The notes under the pieces are model-generated. The model was not told the DNA's origin, did not search any database, and saw only the letters and a program-made list of their open reading frames with translations. A program made the translations under genes and the position numbers. Shown piece after piece: positions 1 through 7,926 of a DNA stretch of 64,000 nt. Location: positions 408-64,407 of the forward strand of contig CAMWKV010000001.1 of assembly GCA_947174915.1 (NCBI GenBank). The letters run 5' to 3'. The stretch is from an uncultured Porphyromonadaceae bacterium (GTDB lineage: Bacteria; Bacteroidota; Bacteroidia; Bacteroidales; Muribaculaceae). Positions within the stretch are counted from its first letter, which is position 1. Each line of letters begins with the position of its first letter.

Positions 1-453
1 GCAACCGACCGCGACAATAATGATGCCAACATCCGATTCTCGCTAATCAATACTCCTCGTAAGCTTGACGAATCTGACGACATATCGCCGGTTGACGTAG
101 ATCTCACAGGCAATAAACTGACCGTCACGCCAAAAGCCGCCGGAAAGCATACCATCGGTCTCGCTGTCGAGTCCAACGGCAAGGTGGTAAACCGTGCTGT
201 TAATGTGACAGTTAAAGTAATCACAGGTGTTGAATCGCCCGAGGGCGCCTATCGTCGGATGGGATGTGACGGACAAGCTGTCTTTGTTTCCGGATATAAA
301 GGCTCGGCTTTTGAAATCGTCAACATGCAAGGCGTTGTCATTGACAGATTTACTGCCGAGGCAGACAGCTTCGTGCATGCTCTTGCCGTCACTCCGGGCG
401 TATATATTCTGATCCCCGACAGTGGCGAATCCAAGAAAATAATTGTAAAATGA
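1..453 (+). CDS. 3' end of a secreted protein with an Ig/cadherin-like segment and a T9SS-type C-terminal sorting domain (5'-truncated by the window)
   Basis: Frame 1 is open from base 1 (ATDRDNNDANIRFSL...) to the stop at 451-453. It ends TGVES...FEIVNMQG...PGVYIL...KKIIVK, typical of a T9SS CTD. The stop overlaps the next ATG (ATGA). Confidence 0.7.
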   Translation, partial: ATDRDNNDANIRFSLINTPRKLDESDDISPVDVDLTGNKLTVTPKAAGKHTIGLAVESNGKVVNRAVNVTVKVITGVESPEGAYRRMGCDGQAVFVSGYKGSAFEIVNMQGVVIDRFTAEADSFVHALAVTPGVYILIPDSGESKKIIVK

Positions 454-1898
454 CACGCAGACTGTTACTGACCCTGATTCTGTCACTCGCAACGGCAATC
501 AATGCCGTTGCGGGCGACATTGATTACTCCAAAGGGGTGATCTTTATAAACGAGGACTGGTATGGCCATCAGAACTCAACCGTCAATTATCTGCTGCCGG
601 ATGACCCCGATGGCAACTACTGGTATTACCGTATTATTCAAACGGAAAATCCGGGCATGGAACTCGGATGCACCAACCAGTACGGCGCGATATGGAACGG
701 GCGCCTGTATATGATTGCCAAGCAGGAGAAAGATCCCGGGGCATCAATAACCGGCGGCCGCATATCGGTTGCCGATGCCTCGACGATGAAACTAATCAAA
801 CAACTCGTATTGATCGACCCCTCCGGACATCAATGCGACGGACGAGCCTTCTGTGGTGTAACCGAAAATAAAGGCTACGTATCATCCAGCAACGGAATCT
901 GGATTCTCAATCTTAATACTCTTGAAATCGAAGGACAGGTGGAGGGCTCGGACAATCCCAACGCCGGCGGCGACAACGACAAGCCCAACTCCGATCCTAC
1001 AAGCTCGTTGTATTATGGTCAGACCGGCACTATGGTACTCGCATGCGGCAAAGTCTTTGCCGTACATCAGCAATACGGGATGTTGGTGATCGACCCGGCG
1101 ACGGACAAGGTTATTCAAGTTCTCGATATGGAAATTGTCGATGATGCCATCGAGCGCGACACAGGCACACGACCGCGCCGTATGTCCGGTATAGGCTCCA
1201 CAGTAGTAAAGTCCAAAGACGGTAACCTCTGGTACTCGGCAGCCAAGAATGTACAGGGTACCGGCGCTACCGTTCCTTACATCATCCGATTGGACCCCGC
1301 TACACTTCAGCGTGAAGTTATAAAAATTGACGGTGTCGATATGTTCCCTCCGGCAAACTCCTGGTATGCCTGGACTCCGGACCCATTCTGCGCGTCGTCT
1401 GTCACAAACCGTCTTTACTGGTGTGGTGGCCCGAACAGCTGGTTTACGAATGATCGCATTTTCAGGTATGATATCGATTCCGGGGAAGTGGAAAAACTCC
1501 TTGATTTCTCACAAGAGCCCGGCGACTGGCATGTATATGGCTGTTCGCTGGGGATTCATCCTGTCACCGACGAGATATATACATCGATGTTCCATAAATT
1601 TGTCGACCCCACATACGTCACGCGCCGTTTTGATGCCGACGGAAATCTACTCAAGGAGTATCCGATGATATCCAACTACTGGTTCCCGTCTCTCCCGGTG
1701 TTCCCGCAATACAATCCCGGATCAGCTGTCGAGAATACTGAGGCTGATCAAAACGACCTTATCGGCAACCTCTATTCGTTGAACGGATTACCGGTAAAAA
1801 CCGGTATCAGATATGGCGATTGGGCGGACGTCTCACAAGGAATATATGTATGGAAATCCGGAACGGGCTCATATACTCGTAAAATAAATATACGATAA
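450..1898 (+). CDS. DUF5074/YncE-like beta-propeller protein (BtuG-like family) with signal peptide and short T9SS-type C-terminal tail
   Basis: Signal peptide ending AVA. INEDWYGHQNSTVNY and repeated propeller-type strands (GRLYMIAKQ, KGYVSSSNGIWILNL, GKVFAV, GNLWYS). Tail: LYSLNG...QGIYVWK...TRKINIR. Confidence 0.65.
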   Translation: MTRRLLLTLILSLATAINAVAGDIDYSKGVIFINEDWYGHQNSTVNYLLPDDPDGNYWYYRIIQTENPGMELGCTNQYGAIWNGRLYMIAKQEKDPGASITGGRISVADASTMKLIKQLVLIDPSGHQCDGRAFCGVTENKGYVSSSNGIWILNLNTLEIEGQVEGSDNPNAGGDNDKPNSDPTSSLYYGQTGTMVLACGKVFAVHQQYGMLVIDPATDKVIQVLDMEIVDDAIERDTGTRPRRMSGIGSTVVKSKDGNLWYSAAKNVQGTGATVPYIIRLDPATLQREVIKIDGVDMFPPANSWYAWTPDPFCASSVTNRLYWCGGPNSWFTNDRIFRYDIDSGEVEKLLDFSQEPGDWHVYGCSLGIHPVTDEIYTSMFHKFVDPTYVTRRFDADGNLLKEYPMISNYWFPSLPVFPQYNPGSAVENTEADQNDLIGNLYSLNGLPVKTGIRYGDWADVSQGIYVWKSGTGSYTRKINIR

Positions 1899-1983
1899 GG
1901 GCCGTACGCCACCGCCACGCCGCTTCGACTAACAAAGAATCCTAAAATTTCGCGCAACATGTACGAATCTGAAAAAAAAGGCT

Positions 1984-1991
1984 TATCTTTG
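1984..1991 (+). promoter_or_regulatory. Bacteroidota -7 promoter element (TAnnTTTG) upstream of glucokinase
   Basis: TATCTTTG, 44 bp upstream of the ATG at 2036. Confidence 0.6.
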
Positions 1992-2035
1992 AGACAAAAA
2001 TTTATTCAAGTATAACTAACACAAGATTCGACACT

Positions 2036-2992
2036 ATGAAACCGTACGTAATGGGCATTGACATAGGCGGCACCAATACCGTCTTCGGCATTGTTGATGC
2101 ACGTGGCAATGTTATTGCAAGCTCCTCCATAAAGACCGCCAAGCACGCCAACTTCGACGACTATCTCAACGAACTCTACACCGAAGCTCACCGCCTCATC
2201 GAAATCAATGACGCTGAAGGCAAGATTCAGGGCATCGGCATAGGCGCACCGAACGCCAACTACTACACCGGCATCATCGACAACGCCGTCAACCTCCCCT
2301 GGCCCTCTCCCCTGCCCCTGGCCGAACTCGTCAGCAAGAAATTCGGCATCCCCGTGGCCGTCACTAACGACGCCAACGCCGCCGCACTCGGCGAGATGAC
2401 CTACGGCGCAGCCCGTGGCCTCAAAGATTTCATCATGATTACCCTCGGCACAGGTGTAGGCTCCGGCATCGTCATCAACGGCCAGGTAGTTTACGGCCAC
2501 GATGGTCTCGCCGGCGAGCTCGGACATGTCATCGTCAAGCGCAACAACGGCCGTCTCTGCGGTTGCGGTCGTACGGGTTGCCTCGAAGCATACTGCTCCG
2601 CCACCGGTGTTGCACGCTCCGCTCGCGAATTCCTCGAGAGCCGCACCGAACCCTCGCTCCTGCGCAACATCCCCATCGAAGACATCACCTCCAAGGACGT
2701 CTACGATGCTGCCATGAAGGGCGACAAGATAGCACAGGACATCTTCACCTACACCGGCACTCTCCTCGGCGAAGCCATGGCCGACATGACAGTTTTCTCC
2801 TCTCCCGAAGCCTTCATCCTCTTCGGCGGCCTCGCCAAGAGCGGCGACCTGCTCCTCAAACCCATCCGCGAAGCCATGGACAAAAACATGCTCTCGATGT
2901 TCAAGGGCAAGCCCAAGGTAATCCTGAGCGAACTCAAGGAAGCCGACGCAGCAGTCCTCGGCGCCTCAGCCCTCGGCTGGGAAGCAAAGTAA
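2036..2992 (+). CDS. glcK: ROK-family glucokinase
   Basis: GIDIGGT ATP motif, NDANAAALGE, TLGTGVGSG, GELGH and CGCGRTGCLE ROK zinc motif. Confidence 0.92.
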   Translation: MKPYVMGIDIGGTNTVFGIVDARGNVIASSSIKTAKHANFDDYLNELYTEAHRLIEINDAEGKIQGIGIGAPNANYYTGIIDNAVNLPWPSPLPLAELVSKKFGIPVAVTNDANAAALGEMTYGAARGLKDFIMITLGTGVGSGIVINGQVVYGHDGLAGELGHVIVKRNNGRLCGCGRTGCLEAYCSATGVARSAREFLESRTEPSLLRNIPIEDITSKDVYDAAMKGDKIAQDIFTYTGTLLGEAMADMTVFSSPEAFILFGGLAKSGDLLLKPIREAMDKNMLSMFKGKPKVILSELKEADAAVLGASALGWEAK

Positions 2993-3011
2993 TACACGAT
3001 CCACATAACCA

Positions 3012-3049
3012 CAGCGGCAGCCCGTCATGCGAGCTGCCGCTGAGTTTTT
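3012..3049 (+). terminator. Rho-independent terminator
   Basis: Stem CAGCGGCAGC (3012-3021) / GCTGCCGCTG (3033-3042) followed by a T-run, just after the glucokinase stop. Confidence 0.8.
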
Positions 3050-3064
3050 ATAAATATGTATTGC

Positions 3065-4045
3065 TTAGGAGTGGTATTTTACGAGCCAGTAACCGGTCTT
3101 GTTCGACCCGACACGCTCCAGCCATCCGGCAGATTTCAGCTTGCTGATGATTTTCTTGATGCTGCCCTCAGATATGCCGGACTGTTCTGAAAGTTCAATT
3201 TTTGTCAGCCGCGGATTGTCCGTCAGAAGCTTAAGCACCGCCAGCTCCGATTTATCGGGCACTTTATCGGATACTTTATCGGATACTTTATCGGATACTT
3301 TGCCCCGCAAGGTATTCAATATTTCCCTGAGCATAAAATCAATAAACGGCCCGGACTGACCTTCCCTGGTCGATGCTGCGATAGCATCATAGTACTCTTG
3401 CTGATTAGAGTACACCATATTTTCTATCGGCAAATGTTCAAAAATCGGACTCAACCGCCCGAGAATCAATGACTGCCACAGGCGGCCTGTGCGACCGTTC
3501 CCATCAGAAAACGGATGAATAAATTCGAACTCATAATGGAACACACAAGATCGAATGAGTAGATGGTCATCGGCGTCCTTTAGCCATTTAAAAAGATCCG
3601 CCATCAATTCGGGAATACGAGATGCCGGCGGTGCCATGTGTACGAGACCTCTTTCGCCGAACACCCCTACACCACCTCTGCGATAACATCCGGCATCGTC
3701 AGCCAATGCCTCCATCATAATGCCATGCGCCCTCAGCAAATCTTTCTCTGAGAACGGATTGAGTTCTGAATAAATATCATAAACCCGTATTGCATTTTTT
3801 ACCTCATGGATTTGACGCAAGGGAGCCACTATATGTTTACCGTCAATAATATCCCTTACCTCATCTTCTGTGAGAGTATTACCTTCAATAGCAAGCGAAG
3901 AATGAATCGTCTTGATACGATTAGCTTTGCGCAACTTCAGACCGTCCTCTCCTTCCACACGAATACTGTGTCGCTCTAAAAGCGCAGAAATCTCAGCTAT
4001 ATAGTTGATAGCTTTAGCGGAGATTTTGAAAGGAGGGCTTGGCAT
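3065..4045 (-). CDS. fic: Fic-family protein (intramolecularly inhibited type) with C-terminal HTH
   Basis: Catalytic HPFSDGNGRTGR, N-terminal inhibitory-type SLAIEG (S/TxxxEG/N) and a C-terminal wHTH-like segment (LTKIELSEQSGISEGSIKKIISKLK...GYW). Confidence 0.9.
   Translation of the reverse strand: MPSPPFKISAKAINYIAEISALLERHSIRVEGEDGLKLRKANRIKTIHSSLAIEGNTLTEDEVRDIIDGKHIVAPLRQIHEVKNAIRVYDIYSELNPFSEKDLLRAHGIMMEALADDAGCYRRGGVGVFGERGLVHMAPPASRIPELMADLFKWLKDADDHLLIRSCVFHYEFEFIHPFSDGNGRTGRLWQSLILGRLSPIFEHLPIENMVYSNQQEYYDAIAASTREGQSGPFIDFMLREILNTLRGKVSDKVSDKVSDKVPDKSELAVLKLLTDNPRLTKIELSEQSGISEGSIKKIISKLKSAGWLERVGSNKTGYWLVKYHS
3251..3301. repeat. 12-bp in-frame tandem repeat (about 4 copies) inside fic
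   Basis: TTTATCGGGCAC followed by 3x TTTATCGGATAC. Encodes VSDK-VSDK-VSDK-VPDK. Confidence 0.9.
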
Positions 4046-4072
4046 ATTAATGAAGATATTTCGAAATAAGGA

Positions 4073-4627
4073 TTACTTGCGGCGGGGGCGGATGAGGGGG
4101 CGGTGGTCGGCGATGACGTAGTCGACGGGGATGTCGAAATCCTCGGCGTCAATTTCGTCGTAGAGCTGGAAGTCGTAGCAGACACCTATGGTGATGGCGC
4201 GACTGCGGCTCAACAGACGGTCGTAGTAGCCTTTGCCACGCCCCACACGATTGCCGTCGCGGTCGTAGGCCACGGCAGGCACAATGACGAGGTCTATGTC
4301 ATCAATATCTACGGTGTCGTCGCCGTCCGGTTCCTCGATGCGGAATGATCCGAGGTGAGTGCGCGTGCGTTCGTAGGGCAGTATCTCGAGGTCGAGACCA
4401 TTGACACGAGGCAGATAGTAGGTCTTGCCCTCAGCGCCGCGGGCGAGGAATTCGTGGGTGGATAGTTCGTCCGGCAGAGAGTGATATAGCAGTACTCGCT
4501 CGGCCATCACGTAGGCCGCCATGCGGCGCAGACGGGCGAATACACGACGGGCGGCGGCGATGCGCTCGGCATCGTCGAGCATGGCCTTGCGGGCCCGTAC
4601 CTGGCGGCGGATGTCTTCTTTATTCAT
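4073..4627 (-). CDS. ygfA: 5-formyltetrahydrofolate cyclo-ligase
   Basis: YYLPRV, FRIEEP, DLVIVPAVAYDRDGNRVGRGKGYYDRLL. Confidence 0.92.
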   Translation of the reverse strand: MNKEDIRRQVRARKAMLDDAERIAAARRVFARLRRMAAYVMAERVLLYHSLPDELSTHEFLARGAEGKTYYLPRVNGLDLEILPYERTRTHLGSFRIEEPDGDDTVDIDDIDLVIVPAVAYDRDGNRVGRGKGYYDRLLSRSRAITIGVCYDFQLYDEIDAEDFDIPVDYVIADHRPLIRPRRK

Positions 4628-6278
4628 TGTCGGTTTGCTTGTTAAGGTCTTCCGCCCCGTCGCGCAAAGGATGGTCGGCGCCTCCGGACTGCAACTGCCG
4701 GAGAGCCTCCTGAACGACAGGGTCGGTATTGTTGACTACCTCGAAGTAGCCATCCATGCCGACAATGTCGCGCGCGATGAGGGCTTTGATTTGATTAACA
4801 ATCAATTTACCCGAAATGTTGATATAATACCAGCGGGGTGATACCTTGCCAATGTTGTAGGCATAGTTGACAAAGGACTGAAGGAGGACATTGTCTGACG
4901 GCAACTGTGCCAGCAGCTCGCCCGTGTCGCGGCTCTCGTTGAGGCTCTCGCGGTTGAGGTCGGCGTACTCGTAGGCGAACTTGCGGATAAGGCCCTCATT
5001 GGCCACCTTGAGATAGTAGGAGGTGACACCGGTGGTGTCGGAGGGCACGAAGACATCGGGTATGATACCGCCGCCGCCATAGACTGCACGGCCAGTAGTA
5101 GTGTGGAAGATGAGCGTGCTGTCGACACGTACGCTGTCGGCGGTGAATATCTCGCCGCGGTCGTAGCGGTCGAGGATTTCGGTCTCATACTCGCGGCTGT
5201 GCCCGGGGCTGTAGGTCTTCTGTATGCAACGTCCCGAGGGGGTGTAGTAGCGCTGCACCGTGAGGCGGAAGGCGCTGTTATCGGGCAGCTCGAAAGGACT
5301 CTGCACCAGACCTTTGCCGAAGCTGCGGCGACCTATGATGAGTGCGCGGTCGTTGTCCTGCAGCGCACCGGCCACAATCTCGCTGGAGCTGGCTGTGAAC
5401 TCGTCGATAAGCACCACTACGGGCTCCTCGACAAAGGAGCCCAAGCCGTCGCTCACCATGATGTTGCCCTCGGACTGATTGCGTCCCTTGGTGCTGACTA
5501 CTATGCGGCCGGGCTCGAGGAACTCGTTGGCAATGAGTACGGCAGGATTCATGAAGCCGCCGCCGTTGCCGCGGAGGTCGAGGACGAAACGCTTGGCACC
5601 GTCGTAGCGGAGCTGTCCGAGGGTGGTGAAGAGCTCTGTGTAGGCATTGTCGGAGAACTTGCCCAGGCGTATATATCCCGTGCTGTCGTTGAGCATATAC
5701 GAGGCATCGATGGGCGACACGGGCACTTCGCCGCGCACAATCTCCATGCTCAGAGGCGTGGGCGAACTGTGGCGAAGCACCGTCACGGTGACGCGTGTAT
5801 CCTTGTCGCCGCGCAGGAGGCCGTATAGATGCTCCGTCTCGGCCTTGACGCCCGCGATATTCTCGCCGTCGACGGCAATAATCTTGTCGCCGGGTAGCAT
5901 CCCGGCCTCGTCGGCACCGGCACCGCTGATTACTTCGAGCACGCATAGAGTGTCGTTAATCATCTGGAACTGAATACCCACGCCATAGAAGGAGCCTTCG
6001 AGGTCGCGATCGACGGCCACACGGTCTTCGGCCGGGATATAGGCCGAGTGCGGGTCGAGATTGCGCAGCAATTCGGGAAGGGTCAGCTCCACAAGGCTGT
6101 CCATATCCACATCGTCCACATAGCGGGTGGCAATGATATCGAGGACGTCATTGAGCTTCTGCCGGGAGGGTGAGAGCGGCGATGTGGTACTCAGTGCACG
6201 ACCCATCCATAAGCCGGCTATGAGAAAAAGTGCTGCCACCACGGGCAGCCACAGCATGTATTTTCTATTCTGATTCAT
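4620..6278 (-). CDS. S41 family C-terminal processing protease with PDZ domain
   Basis: LDPHSAY, GVGIQF PDZ, LDLRGNGGG, ASSSEIVAGALQD, GRRSFGKGLVQ. Start moved to MNQNRKY (6278), which is followed by a TM/signal segment. Confidence 0.9.
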   Translation of the reverse strand: MNQNRKYMLWLPVVAALFLIAGLWMGRALSTTSPLSPSRQKLNDVLDIIATRYVDDVDMDSLVELTLPELLRNLDPHSAYIPAEDRVAVDRDLEGSFYGVGIQFQMINDTLCVLEVISGAGADEAGMLPGDKIIAVDGENIAGVKAETEHLYGLLRGDKDTRVTVTVLRHSSPTPLSMEIVRGEVPVSPIDASYMLNDSTGYIRLGKFSDNAYTELFTTLGQLRYDGAKRFVLDLRGNGGGFMNPAVLIANEFLEPGRIVVSTKGRNQSEGNIMVSDGLGSFVEEPVVVLIDEFTASSSEIVAGALQDNDRALIIGRRSFGKGLVQSPFELPDNSAFRLTVQRYYTPSGRCIQKTYSPGHSREYETEILDRYDRGEIFTADSVRVDSTLIFHTTTGRAVYGGGGIIPDVFVPSDTTGVTSYYLKVANEGLIRKFAYEYADLNRESLNESRDTGELLAQLPSDNVLLQSFVNYAYNIGKVSPRWYYINISGKLIVNQIKALIARDIVGMDGYFEVVNNTDPVVQEALRQLQSGGADHPLRDGAEDLNKQTDNE

Positions 6279-6286
6279 GATTTCGG

Positions 6287-6709
6287 TCAATCGAGAGAAG
6301 ATATATGCACGCACTCCACGCCGGCACGTCGCAGCAGGTCTACGCCGTCGGTGAGACGGTAGAGATCGTTGAACACTACCCTCCTCACTCCCGCCTGGAT
6401 TATCAACTTGGCACATTCGAGGCAGGGCGAGGCCGTGACATACAGTGTCGAGCCCTCGGACGAATTGTTGCTCCGAGCCACCTTGGTGATGGCATTGGCC
6501 TCGGCATGAAGCACATAGGGCTTGGTGGCGCCGCTATCGTCCTCACACACATTCTCGAACCCGGCCGGTGTACCGTTGTAGCCGTCGGAGATTATCATCT
6601 GGTCGCGCACGAGGATAGCACCCACTTTGCGGCGTTCGCAGTAGGAATTTTCGGCCCAGATAGTGGCCATACGCAGATAGCGGCGATCCAAGAGTATTTG
6701 CTTGTCCAT
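6287..6709 (-). CDS. comEB: dCMP deaminase (ComEB family)
   Basis: SDGYNGTP, HAEANAI and SPCLECAK zinc-deaminase motifs. Confidence 0.9.
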   Translation of the reverse strand: MDKQILLDRRYLRMATIWAENSYCERRKVGAILVRDQMIISDGYNGTPAGFENVCEDDSGATKPYVLHAEANAITKVARSNNSSEGSTLYVTASPCLECAKLIIQAGVRRVVFNDLYRLTDGVDLLRRAGVECVHISSLD

Positions 6710-6754
6710 GTATATTGGCAGTTGCGCCGGCCGCCCGGCCGACTATTCAATCCG

Positions 6755-6762
6755 CAAAGATA
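6755..6762 (-). promoter_or_regulatory. Bacteroidota -7 promoter element for the dCMP deaminase-S41-5FCL operon
   Basis: TATCTTTG on the minus strand, 45 bp upstream of the ATG at 6709. Confidence 0.6.
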
Positions 6763-6881
6763 CTCATTTTCAACATCCCCGCCAATCCATATAACAAAAT
6801 TTATCTTACCGCCTGCCCCCGAAGAACACCATCTGTCTCATTCGCCTGACATTTCATGCGAAACTCTCTCTGCGAGGATTA

Positions 6882-7859
6882 TTACTCGCTTGAGGTAAAT
6901 GGCTCGAGCAGCTTGTAGGGGTCGTTGCGGAAGTCGGCACGCAGTTGCTTGATTGTGTCAATGTTATCTATTGAATCAACCCAATGTTCAAATTCATTAA
7001 ACTTAATAATATCCAAGTGTTTACGCGCGGCCCAAGTATCAAGATAGAAATAAATTGCCCCATTTAGATGCATAATCATATGCTCCTGCTGCGACGGAGT
7101 AACACTGTCGTATAAGCCCATGATTTGCTCATAGAACTTATCATTAATCATAAAAGCCTCTCCAAAATCATCTGAAATACCTTCAGAGGAATCCTCGTTG
7201 GAACAGTTGAAAAGATATTCGCGTATTATATTCATCCGGTCACTATCCATATGCCTAAATTTAGCTTTACCAAACTTCAACATGCTGTCAATAAGACACC
7301 AGTCATGATATGATTTACCCCTATTGTCTATCTCTCGCACCAATATCTTTATAACTCGCTCTCTCTTATCTTCACTCATGGGGAAATAGCGGGGAATGCT
7401 GAGCTTTAAATCATGAAGGTCTTTGACATGCATACTATCAATCCCGGCAAATATATAATCCACAATCATAGATACAGACTCCACAGAAACGATCTCCTTA
7501 GATTCACCTTCTGAATAATAGACTGTTTCTTTAACCGAAGGCGCAATTTTGCCCATCAGTTCACTGATTAGCCTTACTCTATCAGAGTCTGCATCATTTG
7601 ATAAAAGATAATATCTAATCGAATCCATCCGCTCAATATCTGTGATATCGAAGCGCTCAGAAATACGTACCAATGCACTGTCCAAGACTTCGGAGGCCGG
7701 CATAGACGTATTGTGTAATGAAGCACCATCATTAAAAACGGCCATTGTAGTGGAGTCTTCAGTCGACTCATTATTAGCCATGCGACAACTGCCAAGACAC
7801 ACAATTACCACCGTCAATATAATAGACACACAGCGGATGCCTCTCATCAATATATACAT
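6882..7859 (-). CDS. Hypothetical lipoprotein; candidate immunity protein for the upstream RHS toxin
   Basis: AT-rich 325-aa ORF with a lipoprotein-type signal (IILTVVIVCLGS-C), directly downstream of and co-oriented with the RHS gene. No recognisable family. Confidence 0.6.
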   Translation of the reverse strand: MYILMRGIRCVSIILTVVIVCLGSCRMANNESTEDSTTMAVFNDGASLHNTSMPASEVLDSALVRISERFDITDIERMDSIRYYLLSNDADSDRVRLISELMGKIAPSVKETVYYSEGESKEIVSVESVSMIVDYIFAGIDSMHVKDLHDLKLSIPRYFPMSEDKRERVIKILVREIDNRGKSYHDWCLIDSMLKFGKAKFRHMDSDRMNIIREYLFNCSNEDSSEGISDDFGEAFMINDKFYEQIMGLYDSVTPSQQEHMIMHLNGAIYFYLDTWAARKHLDIIKFNEFEHWVDSIDNIDTIKQLRADFRNDPYKLLEPFTSSE

Positions 7860-7926
7860 CTTAATTTATAAATGTTATTAACGTAAAATGGTATTCTCTC
7901 GTTACGAAGCGCTATATATTTACACC

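Noticed and set aside
6279-6416. N-terminal extensions on ORF calls (S41 at 6416; also 16581, 18914, 22887, 46735)
   Set aside because: They overlap neighbouring genes or promoters. Downstream ATGs give proper signal peptides or motif starts.
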